Of a stretch of DNA of 64,000 bases, positions 1 through 9,400 are shown in pieces; positions within the stretch are counted from its first letter, which is position 1; every line of letters starts with the position of its first letter. The translations under genes and the position numbers were made by a program. The DNA is from Candidatus Woesearchaeota archaeon (lineage in GTDB: Archaea; Nanobdellota; Nanobdellia; SCGC-AAA011-G17; PNOQ01), in the NCBI GenBank assembly GCA_964408705.1, contig CAYPAI010000003.1, positions 5,382 through 69,381 of the forward strand, given 5' to 3'. The notes below the pieces were generated by a model that was not told the DNA's origin, ran no database searches, and saw nothing but the letters and a program-made list of their open reading frames with translations.

Positions 1-1
1 T

Positions 2-613
2 GAAATTTCTAACCATACTTCAGATGTACCTGGAAAAACTACAAAAGGAGGACAGAGTCAACAAAGATATGCTAGACTGAGGGAAGAAGCAGCACATAGG
101 TTTTTCCAAAGGGTTGCTGAAACTGCCAATAAAGAGTTTTCCCGTAAGGAAATAAAAGGGGTTATAATTGGGGGTCCTGGTCCAAGTAAGGAAGATTTTT
201 TCAATGGAGACTACTTGCAGACCCAAGTTAAAGATAAGGTGTTAGGGTTAAAAGATCTAAGTTATACTGGGGAATTTGGATTAAATGAATTAGTAGATAA
301 GAGTCATGATTTTCTAGCTGATGAAGAAATAGTTGAAGAAAAGAAGATTATGGAAAGATTTTTTCATTCATTATCTTCAAAAGGAGGAGGAAAGGCAGTG
401 TATAAGGAAAAGGATGTTTTAGATGCTTTAGCTAAGGGTGCAGCAGATACAGTATTATTATCTGAAGATTTAGAAGATGATTTTGTTGAAGAAATTGAAG
501 ATAAGGCAGAAAAGATTGGTGCAAAAGTAACGATGATCTCCTTAGAAACTCAAGAAGGAAAACAGTTAAAGGAGTTTGGAGGAGTTGCAGCAATATTAAG
601 ATTTAAAATTTAA
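2..613 (+). CDS. prf1: Peptide chain release factor aRF1 (5'-truncated by window edge)
   Basis: Frame is open from position 2: ...SDVPGKTTKGGQSQQRYARLREE...IIGGPGPSK, and ends ...EGKQLKEFGGVAAILRF. GGQ motif and eRF1 domains 2/3 present. Confidence 0.95.
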   Translation, partial: EISNHTSDVPGKTTKGGQSQQRYARLREEAAHRFFQRVAETANKEFSRKEIKGVIIGGPGPSKEDFFNGDYLQTQVKDKVLGLKDLSYTGEFGLNELVDKSHDFLADEEIVEEKKIMERFFHSLSSKGGGKAVYKEKDVLDALAKGAADTVLLSEDLEDDFVEEIEDKAEKIGAKVTMISLETQEGKQLKEFGGVAAILRFKI

Positions 614-657
614 GATTGAGTTACTTTTATAAATATTTAATTAATAATTATTTTGTT

Positions 658-1158
658 ATGGAAGAAAATAAAAACAAGATAGAAGCAGTTCTTTTTACTA
701 CAGGGAGGTTTTTGACTGTAGATGATATTAGTAGGCTTGTAGGCATTGGGAGTGTAGGGTACATTAAAAAAGCCCTTTTAGACTTAGAGGAAGATTATTC
801 AAATCGTAAAACTGCTTTGGAAATAATTAAAGATGAAAAAAATAGATGGAAGTTAAATATAAAAAATAGTTATTTGTATTTAACTGAAAGATTATTGACA
901 GATGCGGAGTTGGATAAACCTACTCAAGAGACTCTGGCAATTATTGCATATAGGCAACCTGCTATACAATCTGATGTAATAAATTATAGGGGAAATAAGG
1001 CTTATGATCATGTTAAAAAATTAAAAGAAGAAGGTTTCGTTCTTTCAGAGAGATTTGGTAGGACTAAACTATTAAAGTTGACTCCTAAGTTTTTTGATTA
1101 TTTTGATGTTGTTGAAGATGAATTGAAAGATAAGTTAAAAATCGGTCAAGGTGAGTGA
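658..1158 (+). CDS. scpB: Segregation and condensation protein B (SMC-Scp complex)
   Basis: IEAVLF..., ETLAIIAYRQP, GRTKLLKLTPKFFDYF are typical ScpB winged-helix motifs. ATG at 658 preferred over TTG at 616. Confidence 0.9.
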   Translation: MEENKNKIEAVLFTTGRFLTVDDISRLVGIGSVGYIKKALLDLEEDYSNRKTALEIIKDEKNRWKLNIKNSYLYLTERLLTDAELDKPTQETLAIIAYRQPAIQSDVINYRGNKAYDHVKKLKEEGFVLSERFGRTKLLKLTPKFFDYFDVVEDELKDKLKIGQGE

Positions 1159-2387
1159 GTTTGGAATTTTTAACTTATATATATTTATTTTTTATTTTAG
1201 TTTCTTTATATTTGGGTTCTCTATTCCTTATTTTATACTATAAAAATAAAGAGTCTTTACAAGAAGATAGACCTACTACTGTGTTTCCCACAATTAGTGT
1301 TTTAGTTCCCGCATATAATGAAGAAGATACCATAGCACATACTATTACTGCAATCTTAGGTCAGGATTATCCAAAAGATAAACTGGAAATAATCGCAATT
1401 AATGATGGGAGCAAAGATAATACTTTGAAGGAAATGAAGAAATTTGGAAGTAAGATAACTGTTTTGGATAAAAAAAATTCAGGAAAGGCTGATTCATTAA
1501 ATGAGGGTTTAAAAATAGCTAAGGGAGAGTTGTTTGCAGTTATTGATGCAGATTCTTATCCTGGAAAAAATGCTATCACTAGTATGGTCGCATTTTTTGA
1601 AGAAGAAGGTGTTTCTGCTGTAACTTCAACAATTTTGGTTAAAAATAGAAAAAAAATTTTAGAGTATATGCAATCTGTTGAATATGCAGTTATTGCATGG
1701 GGTAGGAAATTATTGCAGTATTTAGAAGGTATTTATGTTACTCCAGGTCCACTAAGTATATACAAAAGAAAACAATTTATTAGTTATGGTGGTTTCGATT
1801 CTGAAAACTTAACTGAAGACATTGAAGCAACTTGGAAGATTTTAAGCCATAATAATAAAGTTAGAATAGATCTTAGATCTAAAGTGTATACGACAGTTCC
1901 TTCTAAAATAAGTGTATGGTGGAAACAAAGACTTAGGTGGAATTTAGGTGGGTTTCAAACAATGTGGAAATATAGGTCTACATTTTTTAATCCTAAACAT
2001 GGAATGATGGGTTTGTTTGTAGTTCCGTTTTTTATGTCACAATTTGTGTTAAGTTTGTTTGGGTTTGGAGTTTTTACTTATGTGTTAAGTAAAAAGGTAA
2101 TAAACACTTACTTAGTTTCTAAATATGCTTTGGCTGCCGAAAGTAATTTCCTTACATTGAGTGCATTGAATCTCAATCCTAATGTTTTTGCAGTTTTTGC
2201 AATGGTTTTGTTAGTTATGGGAGTTTTATATTTAATTTATTCTCAATTAGTTGTAGAAAATTCAAGAATCGGAGTAAAACAATATCATAAATTTGCAATA
2301 TATATGTTAGTATACTTAACTTTATATCCTCTTATTTATATTCACTCTTTATGGAGATTAATTATAACTAAGGAGAGAACATGGTAA
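1155..2387 (+). CDS. Processive membrane GT2 glycosyltransferase (PgaC/IcaA/cellulose-synthase-like)
   Basis: VPAYNEE, DGSKD, IDAD, TED and QRLRW (D,D,D,QxxRW) motifs; N- and C-terminal TM helices. Confidence 0.85.
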   Translation: MSLEFLTYIYLFFILVSLYLGSLFLILYYKNKESLQEDRPTTVFPTISVLVPAYNEEDTIAHTITAILGQDYPKDKLEIIAINDGSKDNTLKEMKKFGSKITVLDKKNSGKADSLNEGLKIAKGELFAVIDADSYPGKNAITSMVAFFEEEGVSAVTSTILVKNRKKILEYMQSVEYAVIAWGRKLLQYLEGIYVTPGPLSIYKRKQFISYGGFDSENLTEDIEATWKILSHNNKVRIDLRSKVYTTVPSKISVWWKQRLRWNLGGFQTMWKYRSTFFNPKHGMMGLFVVPFFMSQFVLSLFGFGVFTYVLSKKVINTYLVSKYALAAESNFLTLSALNLNPNVFAVFAMVLLVMGVLYLIYSQLVVENSRIGVKQYHKFAIYMLVYLTLYPLIYIHSLWRLIITKERTW

Positions 2388-3055
2388 AACCTCAAACAGA
2401 TGTGTTTTGGAAAGCTTTAGTTTTTACAACAGTGGTGTTTATCATTGGAGTTTACTTGGGTGTAGTAATCGAAGATGCAAGACTAGAAGGATTTCAAGAA
2501 GAGTTTGATAATCTTGTAGTTAGATGGGGAGATTTGAGATTACAATCTTATTATTATCAAAATATAGATGAACTTTCTTGTGAAAAATCAATTGATGAAA
2601 ACTTAAAGTTTGGAGATAGGATTTATGAAGATGGATTAATTCTTGGAGAATATGAACAGGCTAATAGGTTGACTGATAAACTTGAATTTGAAAAGAAGAA
2701 GTATAATTTACTTAAAACTGAATTTTATATTAATTCAATGGTTTTAAAGGAAAAATGTGATGCAGATTATGATATTTTGCTTTATTTTTATATGGATTCT
2801 ACAGAAGATTTAGACATAAAAGCTCAACAGAATACTGTGTCTAGGGTTCTAGGAGATATCAAGGAACAGTATGGTCCTAATTTAATCTTAATACCTCTGG
2901 CAGCAGATATGGATATTTCTGTGATCAGTATTTTGTTAGAGACACATAATGTTCAATCTTTCCCTTCTGTATGGGTAGATTCTGGAGTAGTGCTTCAAGG
3001 AGTGTATAGTCTGGAAGAAATTTCTTCATTTTTATCGCCTCCCCCATCACCATAA
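2381..3055 (+). CDS. Membrane-anchored hypothetical protein, possible thioredoxin-like C-terminal fold
   Basis: N-terminal TM helix; C-terminal 'HNVQSFPSVWVD' resembles a Trx-fold cis-Pro loop; overlaps the GT2 stop. Confidence 0.55.
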   Translation: MVKPQTDVFWKALVFTTVVFIIGVYLGVVIEDARLEGFQEEFDNLVVRWGDLRLQSYYYQNIDELSCEKSIDENLKFGDRIYEDGLILGEYEQANRLTDKLEFEKKKYNLLKTEFYINSMVLKEKCDADYDILLYFYMDSTEDLDIKAQQNTVSRVLGDIKEQYGPNLILIPLAADMDISVISILLETHNVQSFPSVWVDSGVVLQGVYSLEEISSFLSPPPSP

Positions 3056-3086
3056 TCTTTTTATTTTTGTTTAGTTTTCTAATTAT

Positions 3087-3545
3087 ATGGATATCTGTGA
3101 GATGTGTGGTAAAGAGGGTGAATTGGTTGATTCTATAGTCGAAGGAACAATGATGAATGTTTGTTTAGACTGTTCAAATTATGGTAAAGTTGTAATGATA
3201 AATAGGCCTGTGATAGATAGAAAGGTTAAAATGAAAAAAGAAACCGAAGAAGCAGGTTATGTGGAAGTTGTTGTTGATAATTATTCTGAAAGAATTAAAA
3301 AAGCTAGAGAAAATAAAAATATGAAACAAGAGGATTTGGCTAAAGCAATTGCTGAAAAAGAATCAGTGATACATCAACTTGAATCCTCAAAGTTAAAACC
3401 AAATTTTAAACTTGCTCAGAAACTAGAAATATTTCTTAATATAAAGATTTTAGAAAAGGCTGAAACCAATCTTTCCGAGAAAAAGAATGTAAATTTTAAA
3501 AGTTCTAATCTAACCATAGCAGATTTGATCAGCAAGAAAGACTAA
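3087..3545 (+). CDS. mbf1: Archaeal multiprotein bridging factor 1 (Zn ribbon + HTH)
   Basis: CEMCG...VEGTMMNVCLDC Zn ribbon; IKKARE..MKQEDLA...ES..LKP HTH; C-terminal TIADL. Confidence 0.9.
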   Translation: MDICEMCGKEGELVDSIVEGTMMNVCLDCSNYGKVVMINRPVIDRKVKMKKETEEAGYVEVVVDNYSERIKKARENKNMKQEDLAKAIAEKESVIHQLESSKLKPNFKLAQKLEIFLNIKILEKAETNLSEKKNVNFKSSNLTIADLISKKD

Positions 3546-3589
3546 CTAACCGAAAGGTTTAAAAGAATACCAAGTTCAATTTTTCTGAA

Positions 3590-3862
3590 ATGGAACTTAA
3601 TATTTTAGATAAGGGTAAGGATTTTATTAAGATTGAATTAGTTGGAGAAGATCATACTTTAGCTAATGCATTAGCAGATGAACTACATAATGATTCTCAT
3701 GTAACTGTTTCAGGATATAAAAGAGATCATCCTTTGGTAGGTAGTCCTGTGTTGGTAGTTAAGACCGATGGGAAAGAAGATCCCATTAAAGCTATTGAAG
3801 CATGTGTGGCTAGGTTGAAAAAGAAAAATTCGGAGTTCCTTTTACAGATTAAGGAAATATGA
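3590..3862 (+). CDS. rpoL: DNA-directed RNA polymerase subunit L (Rpo11)
   Basis: GEDHTLANAL...GYKRDHPL signature; 90 aa. Confidence 0.93.
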   Translation: MELNILDKGKDFIKIELVGEDHTLANALADELHNDSHVTVSGYKRDHPLVGSPVLVVKTDGKEDPIKAIEACVARLKKKNSEFLLQIKEI

Positions 3863-4434
3863 ACTCCTTAAGAAAAATCTGGAAATTTTTGTGGAATGAT
3901 GATACCCCATTAAGTTGGATTGTTTCTATAGGTTTAGCATTTGTTATTGTTAAGTTTTTGGTTTATCCTTCTATTGGGCTTTTGTTTGGAACTAGTTATC
4001 CAATTGTAGCAGTAGTATCAAGTAGTATGGAACATCCAGAAAATTTTGATAAATGGTGGGAGGATCATGAAGAGTGGTACACAGCTGCAGGGATAATTAA
4101 GGAAGATTTCTCAAATTTTAAGTTTAGAGATGGGTTCAATAAAGGAGATATTATGTTGGTTTTTGGTAAAAAATCAAAAGATATAAATATAGGTGATGTG
4201 CTAATTTTTGAGTCTACAACTCACTATCCAGTTATCCATAGAGTAGTCGGATTTTGGGAAGAAGGTGGAAGATATAATTTCCATACTAAAGGGGATAATA
4301 ACCAAGATAGCTATTCTAGGTTAAATGAAAAAGATATTCATGAGGATAGAGTTTTAGGAGTTGCTAGAATGAGGATACCTTTGTTGGGGTGGATAAAAAT
4401 TATGTTTACTAAACTATTAGGAGGGTTAATTTAA
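3859..4434 (+). CDS. sec11: Signal peptidase I, archaeal/Sec11 type
   Basis: TM helix, VVSSSMEH (catalytic Ser), GD, PVIHRV (His), TKGDNN. Confidence 0.9.
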   Translation: MNSLRKIWKFLWNDDTPLSWIVSIGLAFVIVKFLVYPSIGLLFGTSYPIVAVVSSSMEHPENFDKWWEDHEEWYTAAGIIKEDFSNFKFRDGFNKGDIMLVFGKKSKDINIGDVLIFESTTHYPVIHRVVGFWEEGGRYNFHTKGDNNQDSYSRLNEKDIHEDRVLGVARMRIPLLGWIKIMFTKLLGGLI

Positions 4435-4435
4435 A

Positions 4436-4762
4436 ATGGAAGAGTTATTTTGTTCGAAGTGTGAAAGTATAATGGTGTTAGATAGAGAAAAATCTAAACT
4501 TAGATGTATTAATTGTAATTTTATTCCTAGAAAAAAGGCCGGAAGTTTGGTGTTTAAGGAAAAAGTTGAATTGAGTAAAGATCAAGATATTGAAGTTCAA
4601 AGTAAGAAAGTTGAGACCCTTCCAAAAGTTAAAGAAGAATGTGGAAAGTGTGGAAATAAACATTCATATTATTGGACTCTTCAAACAAGGGCTTCTGATG
4701 AATCTGAAACTAGGTTTTTTGAGTGTACTAAGTGTACCCATAGATGGAGAGCCTATGACTAA
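4436..4762 (+). CDS. tfs: Transcription elongation factor TFS
   Basis: Two Zn ribbons (CSKC/CINC; CGKC/CTKC) with QTRASDE acidic hairpin. Confidence 0.92.
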   Translation: MEELFCSKCESIMVLDREKSKLRCINCNFIPRKKAGSLVFKEKVELSKDQDIEVQSKKVETLPKVKEECGKCGNKHSYYWTLQTRASDESETRFFECTKCTHRWRAYD

Positions 4763-4816
4763 ATGTCTAGTTTAGAATAGCAATTATTAAAAGGCATTGT
4801 GTATTCACTGTTTCTT

Positions 4817-5569
4817 ATGAAACTTGTTTTAGCTGAGCCTAGATTTTTGAAAGATAGTGTCAATATACTTTCAGATTTAGTTAGTGATGTAAGGATTAAG
4901 TTAGATTCAGATAAACTTGAAATTATTGCTATGGATCCTGCAAATGTTGCGATGATAGTCTTTAGATTATTGAATAGTGCATTTACAGAATATGATGTTA
5001 GTGGGATGGAAGTTGTTTCTGTTAATTTAGATAGTTTAAAACAAGTTTTAAGTCGTGCCAAACCTTCAGATAGTGTTGTTATAGAATTAGATGAAGAAAA
5101 AAATAAATTGAAGATAGGTCTTAGGGGAGAAACTAAAAGGAATTTTAGCCTTGGTTTAATAGATTATCATGAAAAAGATCAAAAAATTCCGGAGCTTAAT
5201 TTCCCAGGTTCAGTTAATATGAGTAGTTTAATTTTTAATGATGCAATAGAAGATATGAGTATAGTTTCAGATAGTGTTTCATTGAGCATGGTTCAAGGAA
5301 ATTTTTTAGTTGAAGCAGTTGGTACAAGTAATGATGCAAAAGTAGAAGTGAGAACTAATGAAAATACAGTTATAGATCTTGATAAAGAGAAAGAAGATAT
5401 AAAGTCTAAGTATTCTGTAACTTATTTAAAAAAAATTCTTAAAGGTGGAAAACTTACTGATAAAGTTAGTTTAAAGTTTGGTCAAGATTATCCTTTACAA
5501 ATAGAGTATAAAGTAACAGATAAATTACATCTGATGACGCTCTTAGCACCGCGTGTTAGTAATGATTAG
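4817..5569 (+). CDS. pcn: PCNA sliding clamp
   Basis: AMDPANVAM, SKYSVTYL, FGQDYPL, LLAPRV; ~250 aa. ATG at 4817. Confidence 0.95.
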   Translation: MKLVLAEPRFLKDSVNILSDLVSDVRIKLDSDKLEIIAMDPANVAMIVFRLLNSAFTEYDVSGMEVVSVNLDSLKQVLSRAKPSDSVVIELDEEKNKLKIGLRGETKRNFSLGLIDYHEKDQKIPELNFPGSVNMSSLIFNDAIEDMSIVSDSVSLSMVQGNFLVEAVGTSNDAKVEVRTNENTVIDLDKEKEDIKSKYSVTYLKKILKGGKLTDKVSLKFGQDYPLQIEYKVTDKLHLMTLLAPRVSND

Positions 5570-5606
5570 CGAAATCTTTATAAATTTCTGAATAGAATCT
5601 TGTTTT

Positions 5607-6476
5607 ATGTCAAAAAGAGGCCAGATTACTATTTTTATAATCCTAGGAATTGTTATAATAACTGCCATTGCGTTATTTTTATACCTTGGTGATTTTTTTA
5701 CTAAAACCGATGTTGCCGAGGAAAATGTTGAGTCTTTTGTTTCTTCTCAAATTGAACCAAGTAAAAAAGTTGTAAGAGATTGTGTTAAGGAAAGTTTGAT
5801 TGATGCAGTTATTTTTGTTTCAAAAGGAGGAGGTTATTTTGATTCTCCAATGGGTGTTGATTTTTGTGAAGAATATTCTTCTGATTACGAAGATTGTTTA
5901 ATTCCATATGTAGCATCATATAGTTATTACCTTGGGCAGAATAGAGTTATAACAAAAGATAAATTTGCTATAGAGCTTAATGATTATATGACTAATTCTG
6001 ATAATTTTCAAGAAATTGTTGATTGTGTAAACATTAATCTAGATGTTGTCGAATCTTCAGGAGTAGACATTTCTGAGAGAGGTTTTAGTTTAAGTGTTCC
6101 TGAAGTTGGTGAAGATCGTATATATCAAACTGTTGATTTTTTTGATTTATTAACTATTAGTAAGCTTGATTATTCTGCTACAGTTTCTGAAGTTGGATTA
6201 AATATTGAAGCCCCAATAGGTAAAGTTCAACAAGTTGTATCAGATGTAGTAGGATGTTATTTAGGAGAGTATTTACCAAGTGATTATAATAGTTATTGTA
6301 ATCAAGACAATATTGTGTTTAATGCTGGATGGTATAATGTAGATGTACTTCAAGATCCAAGTATTAATATTGGAAATTTTAATGATTGTGTTGGAGAATG
6401 TGTAGATTGTTATTATGTAGGTTTTGATATAGAAGATAATGATGCTGAGTTTAATATAATATTAAAAGAATGTTAG
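5607..6476 (+). CDS. Class III signal-peptide (pilin-like) surface protein
   Basis: MSKRGQ followed by hydrophobic ITIFIILGIVII; acidic, Cys-containing ectodomain. Confidence 0.7.
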   Translation: MSKRGQITIFIILGIVIITAIALFLYLGDFFTKTDVAEENVESFVSSQIEPSKKVVRDCVKESLIDAVIFVSKGGGYFDSPMGVDFCEEYSSDYEDCLIPYVASYSYYLGQNRVITKDKFAIELNDYMTNSDNFQEIVDCVNINLDVVESSGVDISERGFSLSVPEVGEDRIYQTVDFFDLLTISKLDYSATVSEVGLNIEAPIGKVQQVVSDVVGCYLGEYLPSDYNSYCNQDNIVFNAGWYNVDVLQDPSINIGNFNDCVGECVDCYYVGFDIEDNDAEFNIILKEC

Positions 6477-9400
6477 GAAAAAATAAGAAAAGGATGGCTG
6501 TATTTATGATTTGGTTAGTTATTTTTTCTTTTTTTAATTTTATAGCTATAGCTCCTAAAAGTGTTAGTGCAGAAGTTCCATATTGTTGTGTTCAAACTGA
6601 AGAAGATGATAATGGAAATAGGGAGTACTGTGTGTCTAGCGAAGACTCTGATGATTTTGGAGAACTGCAATGCGATGGTACTCCAGTTTATGGTTCTAAT
6701 TGTGCAGATGCTAATGCACCTCAAGATTGTGCATTAGAAACGTGTATACCTATTCTTGGTGATTCTTGTTTATCTAATTATCCTAAAGTTAAATGCTTGA
6801 ATGAAGGTGGTGTTTCTGATCCTGGAAATAAAGAGAACATAGCTGAATGTAGGCTTGGATGTTGCGACCTTGGAGGGTCTTGTACAATCGTTGAGCAAAA
6901 TGAATGCTTAGGCAGTCATGATTCTGGAATAACTAATCAAGTATCTTGTAGTCTTTCTTGTTCCCCTAGTCAGTTAGGTTGTTGTGAAATGGTAGGATCT
7001 TGTTCATTTACTAATTTAGGTGATTGTAATATAAATGATCCAAGTGTTGTTTTCCATCAAGATAGAAATTGTAATGAAGTGACCTCTTGTGCGGCAAGGG
7101 CAGATTCAAATTCATATCTTGGTTGTGGTGATTCTGGCCTAGAACAACATTCTGAACATAGTGTGTATTGGTATGATTCTGAAGGTAATCGCGAAAGTAT
7201 TCCTACTTCTGGTGTAAATTATGTTGGGCCATCTGGAGATATAATTAGTACTGGAGATGGGGCTTGCGGATATCCTGATTATACTTGTGAAGATCCTGAC
7301 GGGTTAGGAGTGGGCCAAGGGGCATATTGTAAAAGTACAGCATGTTTATTAGAAGGAGATTGTACTAATTGTAATCCTACTGAGTTCTTACATGGTGAAA
7401 CTATTTGTTTAAATCCTTGGGGTGGACATTTTACTAATGAAGCGAGAAGTAAGGAAATAAAGGGTTTTGTTTTAGAATGTAATTCTGGTCAAATAGTTGA
7501 GCCAACCGATGTATTTAGTAGGAGTGATTTTGTTTGTGTGAATGGTGAAAAAACATTTAATGATATAACTAGAAAGACTGCACGTAAGATTTCTAATGAA
7601 TATGAAAAATGTTTAGATTGTGGAGATGGCGGTTGGTCAATTTTAGACACAATATCTTATGTTCCTGGTTTTGGTGGTTTAATACAAGGTACCTTTGGAT
7701 TGCTTGGTTTTGATGATTTAGTGTGTACGTCTGGTTCTGGGTGGGATATTCTTGGTGCCGATTTTACAGGCACTAAATGTGAGGATGTTGGAAAAACTAG
7801 CGACGGTATTCAGATGTGTGAATATGATCATGATTTTTATGCGCCGATTGGATCTTGTAATCCTGTAAGCCCTCCCGAAGGAAACAGGTGTGATCTTTGT
7901 GGGAAAGGTGGAGATAAATATACAAATATTTGTACAATGGAAGAGTGTAATGTGCTTGGAGACTGTACTTTTGAACCTCAGACTGTAAATATAGAGAGTG
8001 CATTGGCAGCTGGTGCTTTATCTTTTGGAACTGCAGTATCAATATATACTGGTTGGTGGGTTGGATGTAAGGCCGCTAGTGCTTTAGGGTTTACAGGTTG
8101 TGAAGCTCCTCCAAGTTGGGCTACACCAGCTGAGTTATGGTATGGTACTGATAAAGTTGCATTATCTGTGTTTGGTCTAGATGTTACTACTTCTGCAATT
8201 TATTGGATGATTTTTGGATTAGTAGTGGATATTACAGGTGAGCTAACTAATGAAGAAGAGCAATATGTTTCTATTTTAGCAGATGAAGATGGATCCATTA
8301 ATCTTGCAAGAGCTTTGACTGTTGTGAATACTGTGTCTACTGAATCAGGGATAGAATATCATTGGATTTGGAAAAGATTATTGGGTTCATTATCTGCAGA
8401 AGTTTTTAACCCAAATCTTATTGGTGAGTTAATGTTGTCTGCAAAATTACATAAGATATATGAAAATATTATCACACGTGCAATTGAGGAAGGATATGGT
8501 CAAATGGGCTATTTATTTGTAGGTCAACCTTGTAATGCCGCTTGTGCTAATGCTATGGCCGAGGAAGTAGTAAATGCAGCTGCAGAGCAGGGTATAGAAA
8601 TTTCTCATGAAACTGCTCTTGAAGGGTTTAAGGAAATTGCAACATTTCATGGAACTCCTGCAACACCTTTAATCCCTGAAATCCCTGCAATTCCAGGAAC
8701 TTCTGCCTTAGGAGAATTTACAGATGCTAGTGGGAATATAATTACTTCAAATACTCCTGAAACTACTGTCACATGGACTGAAACTATTCCTGCAGATCCT
8801 GCAACATCTACACCTGCATTAGGAAATCTTGTAGATGCTGATGGAACTGTTTTATCTTCAGATGTTGCTCAAACCACAGTTACTTGGACTGAGACTACTC
8901 CTGCTGTAGCTGGTACGTCTGCAGTTCCTGAAGTTCCTGCTGCTGATGCAATTGCACCTGGTGCAGATTCTATAAGTGATGCTGCTGAAACTGCAGCTGA
9001 TGCTTCTGCAGATGTTGCTGATGATGCTGTAAAAAGTCAATTAGGTACTTGGACAAAACATATTCTTAGAACTGTTGGTGCAATAATCCATGTAGTTAGT
9101 ACTGCTAATTCATTGAAACCAGGAAAATGTGTTGCTGAAACTCCTTATGTTGGTAATGAGAAATGTGAAAATTGTGGAGGTGCTGAAGGACAGTGGTATT
9201 GTAGTCAAGAAAGATGTGATGTTTTAGGAGCAGTAAATAATCAATGTAAATATTTACAAGGTGAAGGTTTTGAAGATAGTAAATGTGTGTCTTTAGATCA
9301 TTCGGACGTAAACCCTCCTCAAATAACTAGGATTAGTGCTCAATTATTTGATTCATTAGGAGATTATGTTGAAACAAAAGAAGTAACTAGTAATAGTTTG

